This document shows, in pieces, positions 37,595 through 47,622 of a stretch of DNA of 64,000 nucleotides. Numbering within the stretch: the stretch's first letter is position 1; each line of letters opens with the position of its first letter. The DNA is from an uncultured virus (IMG/VR IMGVR_UViG_3300010158_003181) (lineage: Duplodnaviria > Heunggongvirae > Uroviricota > Caudoviricetes). The notes under the pieces are model-generated. The model was not told where the DNA came from and made no database searches. It worked only from the letters and a program-made list of their open reading frames with translations. Both the position numbers and the translations under genes were made by a program. The DNA lies in the IMG/VR virus record IMGVR_UViG_3300010158_003181. The stretch is one strand, 5' to 3'.

Positions 37595-38686
37595 TTACAA
37601 GTCCGGTAATTCTTCGTATGTTACAGAGTCCGACATTACCCCAATAACATAATTCGTACTTTCAGTTTCCTGAAGTGCCGACTGCTTCTTGCCGATGTTG
37701 ACATGCTTATTAAACCATGGGATAGGACTAGATTTAGGATGTTCACCTAGATACTTAATGCCAATATCCTTGAGACGATTAAATGCGGTATAATCAACAA
37801 AATCGCTTAGGATAGCGGCATTAAGACCAATAACTGGTCCTAGTTTAAACAAATAGGTTGCCCAGGCCTTTTCTTCTTTTATAACTTCCATATACATAGC
37901 ATAAACTTCATCTCGACATTCTTCAACTAGATTAGCAAAATCAGCATCATCTTTTACTACATTATTAATAATCCAGGCAGTCCAATCTGCGTGTAGGATT
38001 TCGTCTTGTAGGATCAAGCTGATAATGTTGCCATTACCGATGTAGATTTTATTCTCTACCATGGCTAGACTTGTGGCAAATGAAACCATAAAGCGGAACG
38101 CTTCTAATGCATAGCTAGCATGTAATGCAAGCCAAATGGCTTTCTTATGTTCGTGTAGATCAATATCCTCACCACATGCTTTTCGACAATTGAGAATGTG
38201 TAAGGCTTCGTAGTAGCGACCAATACTAGCAGCCATTTCTACAATTTCTGTAGTGTCGTGAATCTTATTAAATTCTTCTTTAGGTACTCCATATACGTTA
38301 CGAATAATGTGACTGTAGCTTTTGCTATGAATATTTGTCTCGAACATCGACCAAATAGATACTAACGACTCAAGTTCAGGTAAACTAACAACGGGACTAA
38401 AAATTTGAACCGGTGCTCGACCCTGAATGCTGTCTAATGCTGTCTGTCTTAACAAGTTACTGGTAAAAATATGTTTAACTGCCTCACTTGCATCTTTGTG
38501 GTCCATTTTGTCTTTAGTGAGACTAATTTCCTCCGGCACCCAAAAAAATCCTCTTTGTAGTTCTTCAAACTTTGCAATTTTAGGCTGTCGATATTCTTCA
38601 AATCGTTGCACAGTTACTACACCATCTAAAAACATTTTTCGTTTTAAATAGTTAGTAGGTTTAGATAGGTCATATGTATTTGTCAT
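37595..38686 (-). CDS. nrdB: ribonucleotide reductase class Ia beta subunit
   Basis: FFWVPEE, ETNIHSKSY, LEAFRF, DEILH, QETE...Y. Confidence 0.95.
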   Translation of the reverse strand: MTNTYDLSKPTNYLKRKMFLDGVVTVQRFEEYRQPKIAKFEELQRGFFWVPEEISLTKDKMDHKDASEAVKHIFTSNLLRQTALDSIQGRAPVQIFSPVVSLPELESLVSIWSMFETNIHSKSYSHIIRNVYGVPKEEFNKIHDTTEIVEMAASIGRYYEALHILNCRKACGEDIDLHEHKKAIWLALHASYALEAFRFMVSFATSLAMVENKIYIGNGNIISLILQDEILHADWTAWIINNVVKDDADFANLVEECRDEVYAMYMEVIKEEKAWATYLFKLGPVIGLNAAILSDFVDYTAFNRLKDIGIKYLGEHPKSSPIPWFNKHVNIGKKQSALQETESTNYVIGVMSDSVTYEELPDL

Positions 38687-38877
38687 TATTTTTCCTTACA
38701 GTTATCAAAATGCCAACGACCCATTGATATTGCGCCACCCTCTTTATTACAATGAGGACAGATTTTATTAGGCCTTGGTTTGTTCTTTAGTGTTTCTCTT
38801 ATTTTATTCTTTGTGTCTTCAGAATGGAAAACAGGACCATTCCCGCCATTCTTTTTTTGTGTTTTGCTAATGTTCTG
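38686..38877 (-). pseudogene. C-terminal remnant of a homing endonuclease (NUMOD3-like plus zinc knuckle)
   Basis: HSEDTKNKI...CPHCNKEGG...RWHFDNCK*; lacks a start codon for the fragment; stop overlaps the nrdB ATG. Confidence 0.7.
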
Positions 38878-39370
38878 TCACTTTGAATATTTGTTCTAAC
38901 CATAATTTACAGTCATTCCATTTTTTATATATGTGTGACTGTCCGCCCGCATTTTCCCATTCTTGACAATTGCTGATTCTATCATCTATCAATATGTCTC
39001 CTGATTTGCAATGCTTCCATTTGTCGGTACTGTAAGGACCAAGGAAAACAGGAATACCGGGAAAATGTTCTTGCGCCCAAAAAACTTTATCTTGTATGGC
39101 CCATTGCATGTCGTTGTTGCGCGGTAATGCTGATAGAAAAAATAAATTCTCTACTTTGCCAGATTCAACAAGATCACGACAATATTGCACTAGGTCATGT
39201 GCATTATCTTTCAAAGGCAAATGGCGATAAAATCTAGAGTTCATTTTGATTTTATCCCAATCCTCCTGGGGAATACGGCCGCCTTCTCTTTCCCATTTCA
39301 TTTTAAGAAATTCTTCTGCACTAGTATGCCAATCGGCTACTACGTCATCCATGTCTAAATATATGTTCAT
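38867..39370 (-). CDS. 5'(3')-deoxyribonucleotidase (HAD family)
   Basis: YLDMDDVVAD, ILIDDR, W...GG. Confidence 0.85.
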   Translation of the reverse strand: MNIYLDMDDVVADWHTSAEEFLKMKWEREGGRIPQEDWDKIKMNSRFYRHLPLKDNAHDLVQYCRDLVESGKVENLFFLSALPRNNDMQWAIQDKVFWAQEHFPGIPVFLGPYSTDKWKHCKSGDILIDDRISNCQEWENAGGQSHIYKKWNDCKLWLEQIFKVTEH

Positions 39371-40056
39371 AATTTCATCCATTCATTGTCTTGTATTGGA
39401 ATCCAACCTTTTCTAAAATACTTTATCATATTCATAAAAGGCCCTGCCTCTTTGCCGTCATCTTTCCAGTTATAATTTTTATTCATAGTCAATCCGTATA
39501 ACTTACAATACGATGGTTTATTATTGTTAATCCATATATTGTAAATCTCATCGGCTCTTTTCCATAATGCTCGAGTAACATCGGTCGCCCTAGGATGATT
39601 CCAGGGCTTGACTCCAGCATTTGGATTCTTTTCGCCGCGCTTTGCTTCAGACATGGATTTCAATCCAGATTCTGTAAAACACGATGCATCAAAAGGCATA
39701 CCAAATTTCCAATGTGCAGATCCCCTTGGCTGATTTTTTCCAGGATTATTAGGACCACGCATATATTCGGAATATTGTCGTTTTAGCCAACCATATGCTT
39801 TATTGTTACGTTGTACATTGCTGTTTGATGATACCATAAACATAGCGGCTTTGACAAGGCGTATATTGTTAGGATGTATTTTAACTAACAACAGATGACA
39901 CAAGTAATGTTCTTCTGGTGTAAGTGATACTAAGTTAGTTGCTTCATCTGTTCCTTCCATACATCGTGGAACAATATGATGCTTTTCCTTATATCCTTCT
40001 AATATTCTGTTTTGTCCTCTCCTTATTATATTATTATATATTTTTTGGTAATCCAT
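39367..40056 (-). mobile_element. free-standing HNH homing endonuclease
   Basis: EKHHIVPRCMEG...NLVSLTPEEHYLCHLLL; NUMOD3-like GEKNP. Confidence 0.85.
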
Positions 40057-40112
40057 ACAAGTCTCCTGTAAGTTTATTTATCACAACTTACAGAAAACTT
40101 ATAATTTACAAC

Positions 40113-41093
40113 TCAAAGTTTGCAGGCTAAACAATCCTCTTCTTCTTCATATATTGTAACAGGTTCTGCTGTTACTAATCTATCACTTTGTGTATTTAAA
40201 ATATTCTTACTGCCCACTTTATCTATCAGACTATAGTACATTGTCTTTAAACCCCACTTGTAGGCCAACATTAAATTCTTTGCTATTAATGTGCCCGGCA
40301 CCTTGCCATCTTTAAAATGCCTTGGACTATAGAATGTATTAGTACTCAAACTTTGATCAACATACACTGCAAGTACAGCGGATGTCTTTAAGTATTCAAC
40401 ACAATCCTTTTGATCCCACATCATTTGATAACGATTCTTTAAACGGCGATATTCTGGAACCACTTGTACAAAACTACCTGCCTTGCTTTCTTTAACACTG
40501 ATCAGTTCCATGGGCATTTCAATACCATTGGTAGAATTTAATACAACACTACTAGACTCAACAGGAGCAACTGCCATAAGTGTAGCATTACGAATACCAT
40601 ACTTGATCATACGAGCACGTAGTGGTTCCCAATCCATGCTAGAAGTAAAGTCAGTTAATTCGTTAACACCGTTGGCTCTACGTTCCCAAGGAAATACTCC
40701 CCGACCGTAGTAAGTGTGTTCGCTACGCAGACAGGGGCCGCGCTCTTGGGCCAATTCCACACTGGTTTCGGTTAGGTAGTATGCCTGGTGTTCCATCCAA
40801 CGTTTGACTTCGGCCAGTGCTTCAGGTGTTCCATACTTGAAACTTTTGCGAGCATGCCAGTAGGCCAGATTTGTGATGCCAACTCCCAACGGTTCAAAGT
40901 CTTCGTTAGCCAGTTTACTTTGAATGCTCAAGAAGTCTTGATACTGCAATAGGTTGCTTAAACTACGCACCAGCACACGACAGGCTTTTCTCATTTCCTG
41001 TGGATTACGGAACGCTCCCCAATTGATTGATCCCAACGTGCATAAGGCTATCTTTGGTACAGCTCGTGTACATTCTTTTTTAACTATTTTCAT
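40113..41093 (-). CDS. nrdA: ribonucleotide reductase class Ia alpha subunit, C-terminal fragment
   Basis: IALCTL, PLGVG, APVESSS, TNGIE, KTMYY, terminal CLACKL; 14-aa non-RNR N-terminal extension. Confidence 0.95.
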   Translation of the reverse strand: MKIVKKECTRAVPKIALCTLGSINWGAFRNPQEMRKACRVLVRSLSNLLQYQDFLSIQSKLANEDFEPLGVGITNLAYWHARKSFKYGTPEALAEVKRWMEHQAYYLTETSVELAQERGPCLRSEHTYYGRGVFPWERRANGVNELTDFTSSMDWEPLRARMIKYGIRNATLMAVAPVESSSVVLNSTNGIEMPMELISVKESKAGSFVQVVPEYRRLKNRYQMMWDQKDCVEYLKTSAVLAVYVDQSLSTNTFYSPRHFKDGKVPGTLIAKNLMLAYKWGLKTMYYSLIDKVGSKNILNTQSDRLVTAEPVTIYEEEEDCLACKL

Positions 41094-41307
41094 TTTTTAA
41101 TGTTCTTCCTCTATAATAATTTTTATTTTCTTCTAGAAAATTATCCATAATAGATAACTCAATCCTGCAATTTGCTGTCCCATTAGTCACCCAGATCCAT
41201 TTTGCTGACTGCGATGATAAGTGTTTTTTATGTTCCGAACTTCTATAATATGGATTATACTTAACCCAGTTATCGGGCGCTAGTTCATTATTAATTAATT
41301 GAACCAA
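41080..41307 (-). pseudogene. remnant homing-endonuclease DNA-binding region inside split nrdA
   Basis: RSSEHKKHLS (NUMOD3-like) and WIWVTNG...RGR; no catalytic domain; TTG start. Confidence 0.6.
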
Positions 41308-41336
41308 TTTTGTCTGAAATACTATTACCCACTAAA

Positions 41337-42851
41337 TTATATTAACAAATCTCCGATATCATCTGTTTCATCTAGTTCTCGAACCTTTTTACGATTTCCA
41401 TCTTTAAGCAACACTTTATGTTCGCCGGGCAGAGTTAATTCTTCCCCGGTGTCGAGAGTGATCTTAAATTCACCTTCGTCGTCAATTCTTTGAAATGGAT
41501 AAGTTGGAAGTAAAATTTCCATACACAAATTCGATTGATATATTGGATCCACCGTTGTGTCAAACGGGCCCTGGTTGATGACATTGTCGATATTGACAAG
41601 ATATATGCGCCCAGTATCAGTACGTTCTTTAAGGATTCCAGCTTTGAATATCGCATCCGCCGATACAACTTTCTTTTTAACTTTCTTGTCCTGCTCATAT
41701 TGTAGGTATAACCTTTCGAACTCTTTACTGTCTCTGTAGTAGGCTTCGTATAGATCCGGAACTTCATGAGGATCAAACAACGTCATCATTTCACCACGTT
41801 TATAACGGTTCCAGAACATGGCATTAACTACCACTGAGTAATCCATTTGACGCACACGAGTTTCATCAGTACCTTGATTGTTCTTTAATACAATAAGATC
41901 TTCAAACTGTGCGTGCCAAATGGGGAATGTAACTGTACAGCTGGCGTTACGAATTCCGCCCTGCGAGCATGATCTCAAATCTGCAAACCATTTCTTCAAG
42001 AAAGGTATCATTCCAGTATGCTTGATCTCACCATTGCGAATAGGTGCACCTAAGGGTCTGATTCTGCCTATTTCGAGACCAATTCCGGCTCGTTTTGAGG
42101 CATATTTGGCCATCATTTCGCCGCTAGCAAAGATACTGTCTAAAGTGTCATCTGACGTTATCAATACACACGAGCTAAATTGTTTGGTGGTTGTTCCTAA
42201 TCCTGCTAGTACCGGAGTAGCTAATGTAAAGTGTCCACTACTAGCACATTCATAATATTCTTTTACAAGTTTTAATCTTGTTTCCTTGGGTTCATTATGA
42301 AAAGCTGTTGCGGCTGCAATAGCATAACGTACCTGCGGAGTTTCATAGACCTGTCCAGTGGCACGATTTTGTACAAGATACTTTTCTGTTAACTGTGCTA
42401 TCGCAGCAAATGTGTATGTTTCATCTTTATCATGGTCGATGAAAAGATCAATGATATCCCATTCATCTTCTGTGTACCAATCTAGCAATTTGCTAGTGTA
42501 CATGCCTGCCTCTGTATTTGTTTGTACAATGCTATAAAGTTTAGGAGGGTCGTATTTACCATAGACTTCTTTGCGTAGCATACTAACACGCTGACGTCCT
42601 GCTACGTATTGGTAATTGACATTGTTAATTTCTGGATTTTCTGTTTCATCTATCAAATTAACCATAGCTTTAAGCAATAGTTCATCTATAGTTTCTGTGG
42701 TCATTCCGTCATGGAGTTCAATTTGAGCTTTGATTTCGATCATTGATGGACTAACTCCATCAATTCCTCGGCATGCATGTGCTACTTGTCTTTGTATTTT
42801 TTCAATGTCCAATGGAACACGTTGTCCATTACGTTTGACCACTGTGATCAT
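41337..42851 (-). CDS. nrdA: ribonucleotide reductase class Ia alpha subunit, N-terminal fragment
   Basis: ATP cone VVKRNG, FSSCVL, QGGIR, QSNLCME; ends in a 44-aa intein-like tail. Confidence 0.95.
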   Translation of the reverse strand: MITVVKRNGQRVPLDIEKIQRQVAHACRGIDGVSPSMIEIKAQIELHDGMTTETIDELLLKAMVNLIDETENPEINNVNYQYVAGRQRVSMLRKEVYGKYDPPKLYSIVQTNTEAGMYTSKLLDWYTEDEWDIIDLFIDHDKDETYTFAAIAQLTEKYLVQNRATGQVYETPQVRYAIAAATAFHNEPKETRLKLVKEYYECASSGHFTLATPVLAGLGTTTKQFSSCVLITSDDTLDSIFASGEMMAKYASKRAGIGLEIGRIRPLGAPIRNGEIKHTGMIPFLKKWFADLRSCSQGGIRNASCTVTFPIWHAQFEDLIVLKNNQGTDETRVRQMDYSVVVNAMFWNRYKRGEMMTLFDPHEVPDLYEAYYRDSKEFERLYLQYEQDKKVKKKVVSADAIFKAGILKERTDTGRIYLVNIDNVINQGPFDTTVDPIYQSNLCMEILLPTYPFQRIDDEGEFKITLDTGEELTLPGEHKVLLKDGNRKKVRELDETDDIGDLLI

Positions 42852-42882
42852 TAATTACCTCTTTTATCGATATAGATGATAT

Positions 42883-43317
42883 TTATCTAGGACTACTTAC
42901 TTCAATTAGGTTTTCAATGCTAACTGAATCGGGAATGTTTTTTAAGGTAATTGGACCGTTATCGTTATAGTTTATAACCCACGTGTCATCTATATATATT
43001 ACATTATACTCTCTAGTTTGGTTAAGGTCAACTAATGTTTTAAGTTCTATTTTTGAATCTTTGTATTTTTTTGTCAATTTTAACGTCCAGCCTATCATCA
43101 AAGCCTTGGTAAAATCATCGTATTTGTTATTCACAATAATTTCCCAAGGACTAGGCCAGCTTTGTTGATAGTAGGGATCTACTTTTGGATTGTGGGGAAC
43201 AAAAGGAGCATGTCTCCAAAAATCACAAGTTTCTTGTAATGGATCTGCAACTTCGTCTAATTGTTTTCTATGATTTGACCACTCTGTTAATCTATTGTCT
43301 ATGGGCTGATTAAACAT
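42883..43317 (-). CDS. hypothetical protein
   Basis: 144-aa ORF with AGGA RBS. Confidence 0.7.
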   Translation of the reverse strand: MFNQPIDNRLTEWSNHRKQLDEVADPLQETCDFWRHAPFVPHNPKVDPYYQQSWPSPWEIIVNNKYDDFTKALMIGWTLKLTKKYKDSKIELKTLVDLNQTREYNVIYIDDTWVINYNDNGPITLKNIPDSVSIENLIEVSSPR

Positions 43318-43324
43318 AGGTTCC

Positions 43325-45061
43325 TTATAACATTATTTTTGTTTGAAATTCCATAATAAATGATGTACTTGTACTGGGATTAACAACTAACACTTCTAGC
43401 GATTTTGTAGTACTATTAGCAATTAGGCCAAAGTATATCCCACCGTCAGCTCCTGCTGAATTATAATTATCCTGTAATGTCACATTATTTGGTGTTAGTC
43501 CCGGTCGTACATTTATATCTAGATTACCTGTTTTTGCACCAATAGGTGATGTAGATATACAATTATATTTTACAGTTATTGCTTGAGCGGCACCGGTTAT
43601 GGGCAATCTCATAATTGTAGTTGATGTGCTGGTACTTAATGATGCAGTGGTTATTGCTCTAAAATCTAATTCAGCTTTTCCTTGAATTAATGGATAATAA
43701 ACAGTTGAGGTATTAAAGTTAGTATCGTGATAACGTTTTCTTTCAAAATAATCATTGATACTAACATTTCCATTAGTGGAAAAAATTATAACTGGCTCAA
43801 CTGCTACCCTCTCAGTTCCTCCGTTAGTGTTACCCACATTGATGTACGAATTATTTTCACTAATAAAATTATGTGATTCCACACTGGTATTGGTTCCTAT
43901 AAAAATTGCTTGATGTTCTATACCCTGAAATTTATTATTAACTGCTCTATAATAATTAGGACCAACAGTGGCTAGTAAGTGTGTAGTGGTGTTTAATGCT
44001 ATACCATATGATGAAGCTAAAAAATTATTATTTTGAATCACAACATGATTAGTATCATAATTTGATCTTATACCATAATATAAACCATTAAATTCACAAT
44101 TATCTATTAAAATATTTTCAGAAGTAACAGCACTGTATCCTCGTAAATTTATTCCTGTAGGCAAATTTCCACCAAGACCAGACCAGGATAGTTGTCTTCC
44201 TTGTAATTTAATATTGCGTATTAATCCACCGGACACGCAATCAAGACTAATTAAACTTAAATGTGGCGTAAATCCAGTTGAACTAGAATATCGTAATGTC
44301 ATTCCTTCAATTTGAATATTATTGGGTTGCCCTGACCCTGATATGCTTGTTACTGCATTATATTCAGTTGGATCAAACTTGCCCCAAGTTAATGGATTAA
44401 TCCTTCTTCCATCATAATCCACGGTTTGAAAAATTCCCGAACCTGTAGTGATATTTTCAATAATAGTTTTATCAATGCCTTCACCAATTAATACTGCTTT
44501 TCTAGGAAGGAAAATTGTTTGTCCTACTTTGTATATACCTGATTGAAAATTTAATTTTTTATTATATTTTAAAGTATTTCCAACATCCCAATGTGTAGAA
44601 GTTGTGAGAATATCAGTATCTAAATATAAATGATCTATAACCATTTGAAGAGCCGCACTGCAATCTACAGGTGATGCGTCAGTTGATGGATAAACACCAA
44701 AATCAGCAACATTAACGATATCATCTAACTTATTTTGAACTGTACGTTGTATTACTTGAAACAATGCATTGTTGATTGAAGTAGAGGTGGTAATTGTTGC
44801 TGCGTTATCACTTTCCCAAACATAATTTGTTAAAGTATTTAATAATCCTGTACTTACTATAGTGAATAGAGATTTAACATCATTTTCTGTTAATACTCGT
44901 ATATTTGTGTTTCTAGATCCGCCGTCGTTGCGGTTAAGTCCAATATATAAATGTTCAGTGTCTGCGGCCCATGCAAATTCACCGCCGTCAAGTAGCGGGA
45001 CTCCTGTTGTAGATTCTTTTCCTCTACGTACTTGAATTTTTGCAATTTCAACCACAGCCAT
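43325..45061 (-). CDS. virion tail/fibre protein with a pectate-lyase-like beta-helix
   Basis: KIQVRRG...GEF...DT..LYIG N-terminus; VNVADFG; Asn-rich beta-helix repeats. Confidence 0.7.
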   Translation of the reverse strand: MAVVEIAKIQVRRGKESTTGVPLLDGGEFAWAADTEHLYIGLNRNDGGSRNTNIRVLTENDVKSLFTIVSTGLLNTLTNYVWESDNAATITTSTSINNALFQVIQRTVQNKLDDIVNVADFGVYPSTDASPVDCSAALQMVIDHLYLDTDILTTSTHWDVGNTLKYNKKLNFQSGIYKVGQTIFLPRKAVLIGEGIDKTIIENITTGSGIFQTVDYDGRRINPLTWGKFDPTEYNAVTSISGSGQPNNIQIEGMTLRYSSSTGFTPHLSLISLDCVSGGLIRNIKLQGRQLSWSGLGGNLPTGINLRGYSAVTSENILIDNCEFNGLYYGIRSNYDTNHVVIQNNNFLASSYGIALNTTTHLLATVGPNYYRAVNNKFQGIEHQAIFIGTNTSVESHNFISENNSYINVGNTNGGTERVAVEPVIIFSTNGNVSINDYFERKRYHDTNFNTSTVYYPLIQGKAELDFRAITTASLSTSTSTTIMRLPITGAAQAITVKYNCISTSPIGAKTGNLDINVRPGLTPNNVTLQDNYNSAGADGGIYFGLIANSTTKSLEVLVVNPSTSTSFIMEFQTKIML

Positions 45062-45109
45062 AATAATATCCCCTATATAGGATATTTATACGTTTAGTAA
45101 AAATTGATA

Positions 45110-45802
45110 TTAAGCGGGTAAAGCGTAATATTCTTCAACTTTACCAAGCCAAGCATCTTGCCACTTGTTGAAGTCTTTTGGCTCTAATGTAAATTGTTGG
45201 TATTGTAAATCTCTGCTACACATGAATATAACACCCTTGCGAATGTTAGTTTTGTACACTTCATTGTGTGCCAGTATATATGCCATCAATTGCAAATAGT
45301 AATCATCTACCCAAGCGGCTTTTTTTGGCTTGTTGGTTTGCTTGTGGTCACACACTGCTGGCTCATCTTGATGAATACCAATTAAGTCAGTAGTACCACT
45401 ATACAGTCCAGGGAAGTAAAGACTTTGTTCCATGGCCCAAACTTCACTCATTTTACTGAGTCCGTTCTCAATAATAATGTCTGCCATTTTGTTAGCCTGC
45501 ACATGTACAGGATTACTACCTGGTTGTCTTTGTTCACCGATTAAGAATCGTTCTAAATTGGCATGCATTGCAGTCCCCACGCCTGCTGCTTCTGTAGTAA
45601 TCTGCTGTGCTTTGGCATGCCCGATTCTATCACGCCATTGATTTAAATGTGTCATATCTTTAGTAGCACCAAGGATAGTGGTCACGCTGGGCAACTTTTC
45701 ACCGTCGGGCGTCCTGTAAACTCGCTTACGAGTTACTGGATCATTTATTTGGACACAATTTTTATATTGGAAACGTTCGACGAACGGAGGAGGAGTATAC
45801 AT
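45110..45802 (-). CDS. PD-(D/E)XK exonuclease
   Basis: LPSVTTIL, GTAMH, GTTD, DHKQ, QLMAY. Confidence 0.85.
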   Translation of the reverse strand: MYTPPPFVERFQYKNCVQINDPVTRKRVYRTPDGEKLPSVTTILGATKDMTHLNQWRDRIGHAKAQQITTEAAGVGTAMHANLERFLIGEQRQPGSNPVHVQANKMADIIIENGLSKMSEVWAMEQSLYFPGLYSGTTDLIGIHQDEPAVCDHKQTNKPKKAAWVDDYYLQLMAYILAHNEVYKTNIRKGVIFMCSRDLQYQQFTLEPKDFNKWQDAWLGKVEEYYALPA

Positions 45803-45809
45803 AGTATTA

Positions 45810-45838
45810 ATTATAATACCACGTAATCTTAAAGTCAA
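45810..45838 (-). promoter_or_regulatory. sigma70-type promoter TTGACT-17-TATAAT
   Basis: near-consensus; ATG 7 nt downstream of -10. Confidence 0.7.
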
Positions 45839-46176
45839 ATATCTGGTTTTAAATTCTTAGCGTTTCTAGATGCCATTGCATCTACAGTGGGGCTTGCCCC
45901 AGGTGCTGGAGGAGTTTGATCTGGTCTTTGTGTTTTTGTTTTGAGAGTAACTGTACCATTATCATCAATCTTTTTAATAATATCGCCAGCTGGATCAACT
46001 GCATTTTTTAGTGCAATCAATCCATCAATGTCACTGATTCCAAGATCCATTCTTTTAATTATTTGCATAACAGCGGTAAAAGGCAACGTTGACGGTTGCC
46101 CTAACCTATCCGCTTCGCCTTTGATAACTGCTAGAACATCTCTAGCATCACCGACGTCTATTTCATACAATCTCAT
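45835..46176 (-). CDS. hypothetical (probable virion) protein
   Basis: MRLYEI N-terminus; late operon. Confidence 0.65.
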   Translation of the reverse strand: MRLYEIDVGDARDVLAVIKGEADRLGQPSTLPFTAVMQIIKRMDLGISDIDGLIALKNAVDPAGDIIKKIDDNGTVTLKTKTQRPDQTPPAPGASPTVDAMASRNAKNLKPDI

Positions 46177-46177
46177 A

Positions 46178-47590
46178 TTACTTGGCCAATGCACTTATTA
46201 TATTATGCGACTCTTGAAGTTTTTGAGAAAATGTATTTTCACGAATTTCACGACCTGTTGTGCCTGCACCTGCTGCTGCATCTGCTGCACCAAATTCATC
46301 ACCTGCAGGTTCTGGATTCATTTCGTCAGGTGCGCTCATATCCATGCCCGGTTCCATACCCATACCCATGTCAGCTGTGGCTTCACCTGCAAGTACTGCT
46401 ACTGCATTACTAATTGCTTCACGCTGTTGTGTTAGCATTTCTAATGTTGAGCTCAATGCTGGAACAATTGCTGCCTTAAATGCTTCTGCTTCTTGCGCTC
46501 CAAAGTCTGCTTTGATGGCATCTGCTAATTCGATCAAAGTCTTGGTTTGATACTGGCCAACACGCTGCATCCAACTGGTGAAGTTATTGACCATATCGCC
46601 TGCACTGGTAATAGCTTTTGCTTTACCTTCTTCATCTTCTTGTAATAAGAAATCTAAACTTTCATTAACAAAACGTACATTGTGTTTGAAGTTGCTTTCT
46701 TCTAATGTACCAGCCTTGGCCTTGTTAGCACGGATTTTACCTGCTACACGTTCACCAGCCTCTTTGCTACCATAACGCTTGCCTGCATCCTTAGCAATCT
46801 TTTTAAACATCTTACCTGGTTTGCCTTCGTCTTTACCTTCCATTGTACCCATGCATTCTTTGCAATCACAATCTTTAGGATGTGCATCATCTTCACCTAG
46901 TGGCTTTTTGTCTTTTTTAGCAGGCATTGTAGTTGCTGGACGACGGGCGTCTTCTGGTGGCTTTTTATAATCAGATTGATTGCCATAGGATTTGCCTTTA
47001 ACTGTTTTACTCGGTAAATCAGACATTTTAACTTCTTTGATTTTCTTTTCTGGGTCAGCATCTGCTTTTGTATGCTTCTTAGTGTAGATTGTTCCACCAG
47101 TTTGCGGATTTGGCTTTTTATCAAACTTGCCAGTAGTCTTTTCCTTTTCGGCGCGAGCTTGAGCATCAGCCACCGTAGGAAATTCTTCTTTGACTTTGGT
47201 ATCTTTCGTAGCGCCACTAGCCTTCAAGCGAGCAATTTGCACATCCTTGAAATCATTTTTGCCATCTTTGTTCTGGTCTACTTTTTTACCTTCGCTTAGT
47301 TGTGCCATTTTGTCACGTAGTTTTTGCATTTGTTCGCCTAGCATTTCTTTAATCCTTGTGTTTAACAAGTCCAGCATGGCCTTGTCTTTTTGGTATGTTT
47401 CATTGGTTAGCAAGTCGTTAATACTTACTCGTCCCTCTTGTTGGAATACCTTTGTGCGAAGTTTATTTCGCATATCTTCTAATTGTTCTCTAGAATACTT
47501 TGATATATTGACATTGACACCAAACATTTTATTCATGTTTTCTTTTAGCTGCGAACTTGTTAGTTTTTTTCTAAAATCACTTGTTTTCAT
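46178..47590 (-). CDS. probable head/scaffold-associated protein
   Basis: charged low-complexity centre with repeated (L/V/I/M)xE sites. Confidence 0.55.
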   Translation of the reverse strand: MKTSDFRKKLTSSQLKENMNKMFGVNVNISKYSREQLEDMRNKLRTKVFQQEGRVSINDLLTNETYQKDKAMLDLLNTRIKEMLGEQMQKLRDKMAQLSEGKKVDQNKDGKNDFKDVQIARLKASGATKDTKVKEEFPTVADAQARAEKEKTTGKFDKKPNPQTGGTIYTKKHTKADADPEKKIKEVKMSDLPSKTVKGKSYGNQSDYKKPPEDARRPATTMPAKKDKKPLGEDDAHPKDCDCKECMGTMEGKDEGKPGKMFKKIAKDAGKRYGSKEAGERVAGKIRANKAKAGTLEESNFKHNVRFVNESLDFLLQEDEEGKAKAITSAGDMVNNFTSWMQRVGQYQTKTLIELADAIKADFGAQEAEAFKAAIVPALSSTLEMLTQQREAISNAVAVLAGEATADMGMGMEPGMDMSAPDEMNPEPAGDEFGAADAAAGAGTTGREIRENTFSQKLQESHNIISALAK

Positions 47591-47622
47591 AATATTGGTT
47601 CCAAAAGAATAGTTAACTTTAT

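Noticed and set aside
8056..38877. Stop-codon reassignment (TGA at 8074, TAG at 13730 and 38867)
   Set aside because: Long conserved genes are intact under the standard code, and TGA and TAG end genes at expected positions. The remnant after the 38867 TAG is in a different frame, and the 13730 TAG is followed by TAA.
41052..41471. Group I intron or ribosomal bypass joining the nrdA halves (they are in the same frame and the insert is 420 nt)
   Set aside because: I see no group I core elements. The interval is almost entirely protein-like sequence, and the C-half has its own ATG and purine-rich RBS. The same frame has a 1-in-3 chance. RT-PCR would settle it.
41052..41471. Functional trans-splicing split intein
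   Set aside because: No N-terminal nucleophile/block A, TxxH altered, and no block F or terminal His-Asn before the C-extein.
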